Positions 9,819 to 18,864 of a stretch of DNA of 64,000 nucleotides are shown piece after piece (positions within the stretch are counted from its first letter, which is position 1; each line of letters starts with the position of its first letter). The position numbers and the translations under genes were made by a program. The notes beneath the pieces were generated by a model. The model saw only the letters and a program-made list of their open reading frames with translations, searched no databases and was not told the DNA's origin. Source of the DNA: an uncultured Thermoleophilia bacterium. GTDB lineage: Bacteria; Actinomycetota; Thermoleophilia; Gaiellales; Gaiellaceae. The stretch is from NCBI GenBank assembly GCA_963826245.1, contig CAWGWM010000003.1, forward strand, positions 99,194-163,193, in the 5' to 3' direction.

Positions 9819-10891
9819 GACGGTGTCCTCGGCAGGGTCAACTCGATCTCGGATCCCTCGCCCGGTGCGCTCGTGATCTTCGCCGTTCCGCCCGCGCGTT
9901 GCATCCGGCCGAGGATCGACTCGGAGACGCCCCTGCGATCCGACGGGACGGACGCCGGTTCGAAGCCGACGCCGCGGTCGCGAACGAAGACCGACACGGT
10001 GTCGTCGCTCACCTCGGAGTAGACGTCGACGAGTTCGGCCTGCGCGTACTTGGCGCTGTTCGTCATCGCCTCGCGCGCTGCGAGGCCGAGCGCCTCGACC
10101 CCCTCGTCGAGCGGACAGTCGCCGGAGCTCGCAAGCTCGACCCGCACGCCGTAGCGCTCCTCGACGTCCGCGGCGGTCGACGACAGGAGGGAGACGAGTG
10201 ACTCGGCTTCGCCCGGCGAGGCTTCGCCGTAGAGCCACGAGCGAAGCTCACGCTCCTGCCGTCTCGCGTACGCGGCGACCTTGCGCGGCTCTGCGGCATG
10301 GCGTTGGATCAGGGCGAGCGTCTGCAGCACCGAGTCGTGGACGCGCGCTGCGACCTCGTCGCGCTCCTCGCTCCGGATCCGCGCGGCGCGCTCGGCGTCG
10401 CGATCGACCGCGAGACGCCAGAGCCACGGCCCGGCGATGAGGAGCAGCGAGCCGGCGACCGCGCCCGGGGCGAGGACGGACTGGTCGACGCCGCCACGGG
10501 AGAGGACGAGCACCGCTCCCACGGCCGCGACCGTGACGCCGAGGGCAGACAGGGGTGCGTTCCTCGCGAACGTCCCGCCGCGACGCCAGATCAGCGTCAG
10601 CCCTCCGGCCACGAGCGCGATCCCGACAACGACGCGATCGTTGAGGCCGAGCGCGTGCAGGACGGCCGAGACACCGAGCAGGCCAAGGATGGCGACGGCC
10701 CAGACGTTGCGGGAGTCGCTGTAGGCCCAGAGTGCGAGGTAGAGCAGCACGCCGGCTCCTCCGGCGAGCGCGAGCAGCGCGAAGATCAGGCGGATCAGGG
10801 TCGGATCGACGCCGAGGGTCTGCGCGATACCGGCGCAGACCCCCGCGACGACCCGGTCGTCCGAGCTACGAGCGAAGGAGCGGATCGCCAT
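9815..10891 (-). CDS. PspC-domain sensor histidine kinase
   Basis: N-terminal PspC motif RSSDDRVVAGVCAGIA, several TM segments, H-box VHDSVLQTLALI, and ATPase motifs REAMTNSAKYA, VRDRGVGF and GEGSEIEL. Confidence 0.92.
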   Translation of the reverse strand: MAIRSFARSSDDRVVAGVCAGIAQTLGVDPTLIRLIFALLALAGGAGVLLYLALWAYSDSRNVWAVAILGLLGVSAVLHALGLNDRVVVGIALVAGGLTLIWRRGGTFARNAPLSALGVTVAAVGAVLVLSRGGVDQSVLAPGAVAGSLLLIAGPWLWRLAVDRDAERAARIRSEERDEVAARVHDSVLQTLALIQRHAAEPRKVAAYARRQERELRSWLYGEASPGEAESLVSLLSSTAADVEERYGVRVELASSGDCPLDEGVEALGLAAREAMTNSAKYAQAELVDVYSEVSDDTVSVFVRDRGVGFEPASVPSDRRGVSESILGRMQRAGGTAKITSAPGEGSEIELTLPRTPS

Positions 10892-10897
10892 CGACGA

Positions 10898-11818
10898 TCA
10901 TCGTAGGGAGCGCCTGACCTCGACGAGCCCGGCGCCGACGCTCGCGTCGAGCACGAGCACGCGCAGGCCCGTTCCGGCGACCGAGACGTCTGCGTTCCGC
11001 CCGTCGTCTGTGCGGCCGAGCATCTTGACCTCTCCGGCCTGGGCGGTCGCCGTCCCGCGTAGGGCGACGTCGCCCGGCACGATCACCCTGAGGGCGCCGA
11101 GGCCCACGCGCGCGTCGATGTGCGTCTCGCCGACGGGGAAACGCGTGCCCGCGAGGTCGATCCGGAGGTCTCCGATCCCGAGGTTGTACTCGCGTTGCAC
11201 GCTTGCCGCACTCGCCGGCTGGTACGTCCGCTCTCCGATGCCGTTGCGGACGTCGACGTGGAAGATCGTCGCGACCGCGGCGGCCGTGGCCAGGATCGCG
11301 ACGACGATGACGGCAAGAACCACGGAGGTCACGGCGATGACCCGCCCACCACGGGACGAGGCATCGACGGGGGTACCGTCCTGCGCGTGTCCGAGGTCGG
11401 CGGACGCGCTCCGTGACGAGGGTCGTTGCGTCCACAGGATCACGGCACCTGCGAGGAGGACGAGCACCCAGGCCGCGTCCCCCTGCGGCCAGAGCGTCGC
11501 ACGCGAGAGCAGCACCGCCGCCGCCACTGCGATCAGGCCGACGCCGATCAGCGGCCATGGTCGCTCGCGCCGTGACCGAAGGGCGTCGGCCGCGATCGAA
11601 TCGGGCTTCCCCTCCTCGGGGATCACGAGCACCGCGGCCAGGTAGATCAGGATTCCCGCGCCGCCGAGGAGCGTCAGGACGACGAAGCCGACCCGGTAGA
11701 ACGCGGGGTTGAGGTCGAAGTAGCGCGCCAGTCCTTCGCAGACGCCGGCGAGCATGCGGTTCGAGCGACTCCGCTCGAGGCGCTTCACTGCTGTGTGGTC
11801 GATCGTGTGTTCAGTCAT
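10898..11818 (-). CDS. PspC-domain membrane protein with LiaF/DUF2154-like C-terminal beta domain
   Basis: LERSRSNRMLAGVCEGLARYF (PspC), TM segments and C-terminal YNLGIGDLRIDL...GLGALRVIVP...SVGAGLVEV. Confidence 0.88.
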   Translation of the reverse strand: MTEHTIDHTAVKRLERSRSNRMLAGVCEGLARYFDLNPAFYRVGFVVLTLLGGAGILIYLAAVLVIPEEGKPDSIAADALRSRRERPWPLIGVGLIAVAAAVLLSRATLWPQGDAAWVLVLLAGAVILWTQRPSSRSASADLGHAQDGTPVDASSRGGRVIAVTSVVLAVIVVAILATAAAVATIFHVDVRNGIGERTYQPASAASVQREYNLGIGDLRIDLAGTRFPVGETHIDARVGLGALRVIVPGDVALRGTATAQAGEVKMLGRTDDGRNADVSVAGTGLRVLVLDASVGAGLVEVRRSLR

Positions 11819-11906
11819 GGCTGCAGCGTTGCTCACGGCGACGCGTGCGTCTATCCGGAATGACCCCGAAACGACCCTGACTCGCACTCCAGGGGAGAAC
11901 GAAAAT

Positions 11907-12040
11907 GCACCGAGTCGGTGATCCCCGCGAGTGCCAGGGCCGACTGACCTGCCGCCGAAGCGACCTGCCGATTGGCCGGCTCTCTGGCGCTTCAGTTGAC
12001 TTGCGTCGCCTGCTGCGCCTGGAGACTCCGTGCTCGGTGC
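11907..12040 (-). ncRNA. Candidate structured non-coding RNA or regulatory leader (~134 nt)
   Basis: The predicted start at 12040 follows a sigma70-like promoter. The 5' end GCACCGAG is complementary to the 3' end CUCGGUGC. Internal GAC-GCAA-GUC (GNRA) and CGC-UUCG-GCG tetraloop hairpins are present, and a 3' hairpin is followed by AUUUU. There is no credible ORF. Confidence 0.5.
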
Positions 12041-12046
12041 TCGACC

Positions 12047-12076
12047 AACATACGTCCCTGCCGAGCCGGCCGTCAA
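12047..12076 (-). promoter_or_regulatory. Sigma70-type promoter (-35 TTGACG, 18-nt spacer, -10 TATGTT)
   Basis: TTGACG at 12076-12071 and TATGTT at 12052-12047 on the minus strand. Confidence 0.55.
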
Positions 12077-12193
12077 TGGTCGCCGCCACGTAAAGTCCGC
12101 TCGTTGCGGACAAATGTTTCGAGGGCGAATTCCCCGGCCGGATGTGCGGGCTCCTCTTGGCGGGACATGTCTCGCAGGTGATTGAATGCACCC

Positions 12194-12448
12194 GTGGCTA
12201 CCCGACCGAGCATCCGGATCGAGTACTGCGTTCCCTGAAGCGCGTTGCCGAACGCCGCCGGTCTGGCGGTGCGGGTGCTGGAGGAGTGGGAGGGGCGGCT
12301 CGGGGCGCTCGAGGTCATTCCCGGGAGCGGCGGGATCTTCGACGTGCACGTCGACGGCGAGCTCGTCTTCACGAAGTCGATGCTGGGGCGGTACCCGGAG
12401 CCGGACGACGTCCTGCCGTTGTTGCGGGAGCGCATCGAGAGCGCCTGA
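12194..12448 (+). CDS. Probable selenoprotein: SelW/SelT/SelH (Rdx) family, Sec at TGA 12236-12238
   Basis: GTG 12194 gives MATRPSIRIEYCVP-U-SALPNAAGL...LEVIPGSGGIFDVHVDGELVFTKSMLGRYPEP (84 aa). It has a CxxU motif and the Rdx GxFEV/D-like motif. The ORF track only begins after the UGA. Confidence 0.93.
12253..12271 (+). promoter_or_regulatory. Bacterial SECIS-like hairpin of the SelW-like gene
   Basis: CGCCGCC-GGUCU-GGCGGUG, with the loop 21 nt after the UGA. The GGUCU loop resembles the apical loop of the E. coli fdhF SECIS. Confidence 0.8.
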
Positions 12449-12517
12449 GCCCGCCTCTCGGGACATGTCCGAAAGAGCGACTTGTGCGGAGAGCGGCCCC
12501 GATCTAGCGTCGACGCC

Positions 12518-13114
12518 ATGTCGATTGCCGAGCTCGCAACACCGTTGCAGCACTCACCCGGTCGCCGTGCGGATGACCGAGACGAGCGACGCCTACGGGG
12601 CGTTCGCCCGCTCGTCAGCGACGGCGGCTGCGATGTGCGCCTCCGCGGAGGCCCGCACGTGGGTCTCGTGCGCGTCGCGTTGCTCGAATGGCTGCCGCTG
12701 TCGTCGGCAGAGCTCGCCCGGTACGGGCCCGGCAGAATCGAAGAGCCCGTCCTCTCGTGCCTTGCAGCCCTCGTTCGTCCGCCCACGATCTGGCCGCTCG
12801 AGGAGGCCATCGCTGCGGCCCGCCTCCTCGGGCGCGGAGGGCCGCTCGAGCGCGTGCCGTTCGCCTGGCTCGCGGAGCACGCCAGGGGCCGCGTCGACCG
12901 CGTCCACCTGACGCGCGTTCGCAGGCGTGGCGCACGGATCGCGACGCAACTCCCCCTCGCGGAGCTCCCGCGCGCGAGCGTCGCGGTCGAGCTCGCATGC
13001 GCCCTGATCGAGGCCGACGACGAGGCGTGCGCGTCGGTCGCGGCCCTCGCGCTCGCCCGGTACTCGCTCAGTCAGGTCGTCGCCCGGGAGGCCGAGGTGC
13101 TGCACCTACCATGA
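12518..13114 (+). CDS. Hypothetical protein
   Basis: Co-directional ORF with protein-like composition filling the gap between the SelW-like gene and the ABC genes. No recognisable motif. Confidence 0.6.
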   Translation: MSIAELATPLQHSPGRRADDRDERRLRGVRPLVSDGGCDVRLRGGPHVGLVRVALLEWLPLSSAELARYGPGRIEEPVLSCLAALVRPPTIWPLEEAIAAARLLGRGGPLERVPFAWLAEHARGRVDRVHLTRVRRRGARIATQLPLAELPRASVAVELACALIEADDEACASVAALALARYSLSQVVAREAEVLHLP

Positions 13115-13115
13115 C

Positions 13116-14873
13116 CTGATCGCGACCTCGAACCTCCGCACCTTCGTCCGGCTGCTGCAATTCCTGCGGCCGTACCGATCGTCCCTGATCATCTCGACGT
13201 TGCTCGCGATCCTCTCGCAGGCTGCGGCGATCGCGGTCATCATCCTCACCGGCTTCGTGATCAACGAGTTACGCGGGGGGCAGGACGGGCACTACCTCGC
13301 GTTCCTGATCCTCTCGATCCTGGGTGTCGGCCTGCTGCGCTCGCTCCTGATGCTCGGCCGCCGCTTCATCTCCGGGAAGCAGGCCCTCGCCGTCGAGTGG
13401 GACATGCGCGACGCGCTCTACTCGCGGCTCCTTCGGCTCTCGTTCGGCTACTACGACCGCCACCAGACCGGCCAGCTGATGTCACGGGCGACCGTCGACC
13501 TGCAGACGATCCGCTTCTTCCTCGGCTACGGCCTGATCTTCTTCGCACAGCACGTGATCACGATCGTGTGTGTCACCGCGGTTCTCTTCTTCTACGAGTG
13601 GCGTCTCGCACTGATCGCCCTTGCGATCACGCCGCTGCTCGTCGGGGTCGCATATCGCTACAGCCACGTCTCCCACCCCGTGCTCCGCGACGTGCAGCAG
13701 AAGCTCGGGGAGGTTGCGACCGTGTCCGAGGAGTCGATCGTCGGCGTGCACATCGTCAAGTCGTTCGCGCAGGAGGAGCAGGCGGAGCGGCGGTTCCGAC
13801 GGGCCTCGGACGACGTCTTCGAGGCGGCGGTCCGTGCCAACACGCAGCGCTCGCTCTACGTGCCGCTGCTCACCTTCCTACCGATGCTCGCCCAGGCCGG
13901 TGTCCTCCTCGCGGCCGGCCACTACGTCGTCCAGGGCGATCTCACGATCGGCGGGTTCTTCGCCTTCAACCTGCTCCTGATGATGCTCGTGATGCCGCTT
14001 CGCATGCTCGGGATGTGGGTCGGGCAGGCGCAGCGGGCGACGGCCTCGGGCGAGCGGTTCTTCGAGGTGATCGACGAGCCGGAGGAGATCTCCGATGCGG
14101 CTTCTGCCGTCGAGCTCGCCCCCGGCCCGGGGCGCATCGTCTTCGAACGCGTCACGTTCGGCTACGACCCGGACCGGCCCGTGCTCGAGGGCATCGACCT
14201 CGAGATCGATGCAGGCACGACGATCGCCCTGATCGGTGCCTCGGGATCGGGCAAGACGACCCTCGCGTCGCTCGTGCCGCGCTTCTACGACCCCGTGGCG
14301 GGCAAGGTGCTGATCGACGGCGTCGACGTGCGGGACGTGACCCGACGCTCGCTCCGCCGCGAGGTCGGCGTCATCTCGCAGGATCCGTTCCTCTTCTCGG
14401 CCAGTGTCCGTGACAACATCGCCTTCGGGGTACCCGACGTCTCCCCCGAGCTCGTCGAGGCGGCAGCCCGTGCGGCGCAGGCGCACGCCTTCATCGAGGA
14501 GCTGCCGAACGGCTACGAGACGGTGATCGGCGAGCGCGGCATCACGCTCTCGGGCGGGCAGCGGCAGCGGCTCGCGATCGCGAGGGCGCTCGTGATCGAC
14601 CCGCGGATCCTGATTCTCGACGACGCCACTGCGTCCGTCGATGCGACGACGGAGGCCCTGATCCGCACCGGGCTCACCGAGGCGATGCGTGGCCGGACGA
14701 CGATCGTCATCGCGCATCGGCTCTCGACGATCGCGCTCGCCGACACGATCGTCGTCCTCGAGCACGGCACGATCGCCACGAAGGGGACACGCTCCGAGGT
14801 CCTCGAGACGAGCGCGGTCTTCCGCGAGATCCACGAGTACGGTCTCCTCCAGGAGATAGGGGTGTCGGCATGA
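13116..14873 (+). CDS. ABC exporter half-transporter (TMD + NBD), subunit 1
   Basis: TM domain, Walker A GASGSGKTT, signature LSGGQRQR and ILILDDAT. The frame extends upstream of TTG 13200 to a CTG at 13116, so the start is uncertain. Confidence 0.93.
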   Translation: MIATSNLRTFVRLLQFLRPYRSSLIISTLLAILSQAAAIAVIILTGFVINELRGGQDGHYLAFLILSILGVGLLRSLLMLGRRFISGKQALAVEWDMRDALYSRLLRLSFGYYDRHQTGQLMSRATVDLQTIRFFLGYGLIFFAQHVITIVCVTAVLFFYEWRLALIALAITPLLVGVAYRYSHVSHPVLRDVQQKLGEVATVSEESIVGVHIVKSFAQEEQAERRFRRASDDVFEAAVRANTQRSLYVPLLTFLPMLAQAGVLLAAGHYVVQGDLTIGGFFAFNLLLMMLVMPLRMLGMWVGQAQRATASGERFFEVIDEPEEISDAASAVELAPGPGRIVFERVTFGYDPDRPVLEGIDLEIDAGTTIALIGASGSGKTTLASLVPRFYDPVAGKVLIDGVDVRDVTRRSLRREVGVISQDPFLFSASVRDNIAFGVPDVSPELVEAAARAAQAHAFIEELPNGYETVIGERGITLSGGQRQRLAIARALVIDPRILILDDATASVDATTEALIRTGLTEAMRGRTTIVIAHRLSTIALADTIVVLEHGTIATKGTRSEVLETSAVFREIHEYGLLQEIGVSA

Positions 14874-16675
14874 AGGTGTGGCAGGCAGGGGCGCACCTCT
14901 CGGAGGAGCGCGGCGGAAAGGTCGGCGACTGGTCGTGGAAGCAGTCGCGCCGCCGGATCCGGATGCTCCTCGGCCTCGTGACGCCGTATCGGGCACGCAC
15001 CGCCGGAGCGGTCGTGTCGCTGATCGCGTTCACGCTCGTGGCTCTCCTCCCACCACTGCTCGCCAAGCTCGCCGTCGACCAGGGGATCAAGGACGGCGAT
15101 CTGCGGCAGCTCGTCTGGATCGTGGTCGCGTTCGTGATCGTCGGTCTCGCGACGTTCGGCCTCTCGTCGCTCCAGACCTATCTGACCGGCTGGGTCGGGG
15201 AGCGCGCCCTCGCCGACCTCAGGATTCGACTGTTCGAGCACCTGCAGCGCCTCTCCCTCGGGTACTTCGAGCGCAACCGCACCGGCGCGATCGTCAGCAG
15301 GATCACGAACGACGTCGAGGCGCTCGACACGCTGATAACGGACGGTGTCACGTCGCTCGTCCAGAACGTGATGCTGCTCGTCGGGACGGCGGTCGTCCTC
15401 TTCGTCCTCGACTGGCGGCTCGCGCTCGCGACGCTCTCGGTGATCCCGTTGATGGCGCTCGCAACGGTCTGGTTCCGGATCCGCTCGAACCGCGCCTACC
15501 GGCGGGTGCGGGAGCGCATCGGCCTCGTCACGGCGACGCTCGCCGAGGACATCGCGGGCATGCGCGTCGTGCAGTCGTACGCTCGCGAGCCTCGCAACCA
15601 GTCGAGCTTCCGGGGCATCAACACCCTCTACCGGGACGCGAACTACGAGACGATCGTCCTCAACGGCCTCTATTTCCCCGCCGTCGACTTCCTCGCCTCG
15701 CTGGCCACTGCGATCGTGCTCGGCTACGGCGGCTACCTGCTCGTCAACGATCAGGTCACGGTCGGCACGTTGCTCGCGTTCTTCCTCTACCTCGCCAACT
15801 TCTTCGACCCGGTACAGCAGCTGTCGCAGCTCTACAACACGTTTCTCTCCGCCACCGCGGCGCTCGACAAGATCATCGAGGTGCTCGACGAGGAGCCGGA
15901 GATCGTCGACGGCCCGGCCGCGATCGCACTGCCGCGCATCGACGGGCACGTCCGGTTCGAGGAGGTGCGATTCGGGTACGGCTCGCTCCCCGAGGTGCTG
16001 CACGGCATCAGCCTCGACGTGCCGGCGGGAACGTCGGTTGCGCTCGTCGGGCAGACGGGCGCCGGCAAGTCGACGATCGCGAAGCTGATCGCACGCTTCT
16101 ACGACGTCCGCGAGGGCCGGATCACGATCGATGGGCACGACGTCCGTGAGGTCGAGCAGAGGTCGCTGCGTCGCCAGCTCGGCGTCGTTCCCCAGGAGGG
16201 GTTTCTCTTCGCCGGCACGGTGGCGGAGAACATCGCCTTCGCGCGACCCGATGCGACGCGGGAGGAGATCGCGGCGGCGGCCGTCGCCGTCGGCGCCGAC
16301 GGGTGGATCCGCGAGCTCGAGCACGGCTACGAGACACAGCTCGGAGAGCGCGGCTTCCGGCTCTCCCTCGGCCAGCGTCAGCTGATCGCGTTCGCGCGCG
16401 CGCTGCTCGCCGATCCGCGCATCCTGATCCTCGACGAGGCGACCTCGTCGGTCGACATCGGCACCGAGCGCGTGATCGAGCGGGCGCTGCAGAAGCTTCT
16501 CGCCGGGCGGACGGCGTTCGTGATCGCGCACAGGCTCTCGACGATCCAGGGCGCCGACCTCATCGTCGTCCTCGCGCACGGGCAGATCGTCGAGCAGGGG
16601 ACGCACGCCGAGCTCATGCGGCGCGAAGGCGTCTACCGCGGGCTCTACGGCGACTGGGCCGAGCGCGTCGCGTAG
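14870..16675 (+). CDS. ABC exporter half-transporter (TMD + NBD), subunit 2
   Basis: GQTGAGKST, LSLGQRQL and ILILDEATS. ATGA overlap with subunit 1 suggests a heterodimer. Confidence 0.95.
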   Translation: MKVWQAGAHLSEERGGKVGDWSWKQSRRRIRMLLGLVTPYRARTAGAVVSLIAFTLVALLPPLLAKLAVDQGIKDGDLRQLVWIVVAFVIVGLATFGLSSLQTYLTGWVGERALADLRIRLFEHLQRLSLGYFERNRTGAIVSRITNDVEALDTLITDGVTSLVQNVMLLVGTAVVLFVLDWRLALATLSVIPLMALATVWFRIRSNRAYRRVRERIGLVTATLAEDIAGMRVVQSYAREPRNQSSFRGINTLYRDANYETIVLNGLYFPAVDFLASLATAIVLGYGGYLLVNDQVTVGTLLAFFLYLANFFDPVQQLSQLYNTFLSATAALDKIIEVLDEEPEIVDGPAAIALPRIDGHVRFEEVRFGYGSLPEVLHGISLDVPAGTSVALVGQTGAGKSTIAKLIARFYDVREGRITIDGHDVREVEQRSLRRQLGVVPQEGFLFAGTVAENIAFARPDATREEIAAAAVAVGADGWIRELEHGYETQLGERGFRLSLGQRQLIAFARALLADPRILILDEATSSVDIGTERVIERALQKLLAGRTAFVIAHRLSTIQGADLIVVLAHGQIVEQGTHAELMRREGVYRGLYGDWAERVA

Positions 16676-17235
16676 CGCGCAAGCATGGCCCGCGCATCGA
16701 GCTTCTCGGCCGCGGCGAGCGCCTTCGCGGTCTGCTTCGAGGTGTCTCGGCCGAGGGCGCCGCTCAGTGCCCACCGACGGGCCAGTCGCGTTAGGCGGAA
16801 CTGGTCGCCGAGATCGGGCTCGTGCTTCGGATCGAGATAGAGCTCGAGCGCGACCCTCCGCACGAGCGCCGGGTCGGCGGGCAATCGGCTTACCGTCTCG
16901 AGGCGGTAGGCCACGAGAGCGGTGAGAACCTGGAGCTCGCGGACACCGGTGCGGACTGCGAGACCGACGGCGACCGAGGTCGAGGCGACCATCACCCACG
17001 GCACGCGTGTGAACCGCGCCCCCTGCGCGACGGTGCGAAGGACGGGAACCGCGAGCACGACAACCCGTTGGATGTTGTCCGCCAGAGCTTCCGTCTCGGC
17101 CTCGCCGGCGAGGAGCCTGCGGCCCTCCGCGGCCGAGGTCACGCGCTCACCCGTCATGACGACGCGGTCGACCGTGGCCTCCACGAGGCTCCCGACCGCC
17201 TCGGTGAGGGCGCCTGTCGCTGTTCGCGGGCTCAT
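16645..17235 (-). CDS. Hypothetical protein
   Basis: Protein-like segment MSPRTATGAL...ARYATRSAQSP with a TACGGT -10-like box 7 nt before the ATG. Confidence 0.7.
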   Translation of the reverse strand: MSPRTATGALTEAVGSLVEATVDRVVMTGERVTSAAEGRRLLAGEAETEALADNIQRVVVLAVPVLRTVAQGARFTRVPWVMVASTSVAVGLAVRTGVRELQVLTALVAYRLETVSRLPADPALVRRVALELYLDPKHEPDLGDQFRLTRLARRWALSGALGRDTSKQTAKALAAAEKLDARAMLARYATRSAQSP

Positions 17236-17255
17236 GGCTGCAACCGTACCGTCGC

Positions 17256-18807
17256 TCACCAGTCGGTCGGCCGGTAGTCCTTCAGGAACTTCCCCCACAT
17301 GTGCTCGCCCGTGTTCATGCCGTCGACGATCGGGTCGACGATCCGCGCCGCTCCGTCGACGATGTCGAGCGGCGGCCGGAAGCGATGCTCGGCCGTCTTC
17401 TGCTCGGCGATGTGGAGCGGATCCTCGTCGGTCACCCAGCCCGTGTCGACGCTGTTCATGTGGATGCCGTCCCCGTGGTAGTCCGTGGCGGAGGTGCGCG
17501 TCATCATGTTCAGCGCGGCTTTCGCCATGTTCGTGTGGGGATGACGTGTCGTCTTGAAGCGCCGGTAGAACTGCCCCTCGACGGCCGACACGTTGACGAT
17601 GTGCTTGTCGCGGTTCGGCGTTCGCAGCATCATGGGCTTGAGTCGCGCGTTGAGGACGAACGGCGCGACGGCGTTGACGAGCTGCGTCTCGAGGAGCTCG
17701 ATCGTGGACACCTCGGCGAGGAGGAAGCGCCACGAGTTGCGATCGCGGAGGTCGACTTGCTGCAGGTCCTGGTCGAGCCGGCCCTCGGGGAAGAGATGGC
17801 CCTGGTCGTCTGCCTCTTCCGGAAGCAGCCGTACCTGCGAGAGCGCCGCCGAGGCCGCGGTCTCGAGGGCTGCAGGCGGCGAGTCGGCGAGCACGGGCAC
17901 CCCGCCTTCCAGCATGTCGTAGCGACGGAGCCCCGAGTAGTCACCGAGCAGGCGCTGCACCTCGTCGGCCAGGGCTCCCTCCGACGCGAGCTCGGCGGCC
18001 ATCATGTGGCGATAGAAGTCCGGTGGCCGGCGGACGGTCTGGCAGGCGTTGTTGATGATGTAGTCGAGGCGGTCGTGCGTCTGGAGCAGGTGCTGGCTGA
18101 ACGCCTCGACGCTCGGCGTGTGTCGGAGGTCGAGGCCGTAGATCTCGAGGCGCTCGCGCCAGTCGTCGAAGTCGGCCTCTTGCGCATAGCGTGACGCGGA
18201 GTCGCGCGGGAATCGCGTCGTCACGACGACGTGCGCCCCGGAACGGAGCAGCTTGATGCCGGCCTGGTAGCCGATCTTGACCCGCCCGCCGGTGAGCACC
18301 GCAACCCGATCCGGTGAGGTCGGTCGTCTCGAAGCGCTTCGCGAAGTTGAACGCGGCGCACGGCGGGCACATCTGGTCGTAGAAGTGGTGGAGCTCCCGG
18401 TACGGCCCCTTGCAGATGTAGCAATGCTGTTCGTCGGTGGTCTCGCGAACGCCCGGGCCCTCGTCCGCCTCGACGAGGCCCGCCGGCGGGTAGACGTTCG
18501 GCGTCGTGAACACCGGCTTCCCGCGCAGCACGCGGATCCCCGTGTCGGCGAGCAGCGCTTCGTCGGCCCGGATGCTCGCGTCGCGCTCCTCCTTGCGCTT
18601 CGCCTTCGTGTAACGGCGCCGTTGGACGGCGTCCGGGTTGAAGACGTTCGCGGCGGCGGTGAGCAGGCGGGTGCGCTCCTCGACGGAGAGCGCACCGAGG
18701 AGCCCGCGGTCGCGGACGACGGACTCGAGGATCTCTGTCGCGGTGCGCAAACGCTCGGCGCTCGCCGCTCCGTCGCCGGTCTTCTCGTTGTTCTCTGCCC
18801 TCGACAT
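17256..18807 (-). CDS. SDR-family oxidoreductase with long Cys-motif N-terminal extension; frameshift near 18309
   Basis: N part CYIC...CPPC...KRFETTDLTG continues in another frame as RVAVLTGGRVKIG...YIINNACQT...HIVNVS...HTNMAKAALNM...MNSVDTGW. Confidence 0.85.
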
Positions 18808-18864
18808 CGCCGGGCAGGGTATCTGGCGGCAGGGCGGGGAACGGCTCGACTACGCTGCACGGCA

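Noticed and set aside
11907-11920. GCACCGAGTCGGTG matches the 3' stem-loop of the SpCas9 tracrRNA as I recall it
   Set aside because: It is only a 14-nt self-complementary hairpin, with no cas genes, repeats or anti-repeat nearby. It is better explained as part of the minus-strand structured RNA.
11890-11990. Plus-strand glycine-riboswitch-like words (GGAGA...CGCCGAAG...CTCTCTGG)
   Set aside because: The conserved GAAGGAGCAA and CUCAGG elements are missing and the downstream genes are unrelated to glycine. The promoter and tetraloop polarity favour the minus strand.
13111-13119. ATG-ACC-TGA mini-ORF or third Sec codon at the ABC exporter start
   Set aside because: There is no redox motif or conserved frame after the TGA. 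The ABC frame is different and probably starts at the overlapping CTG.
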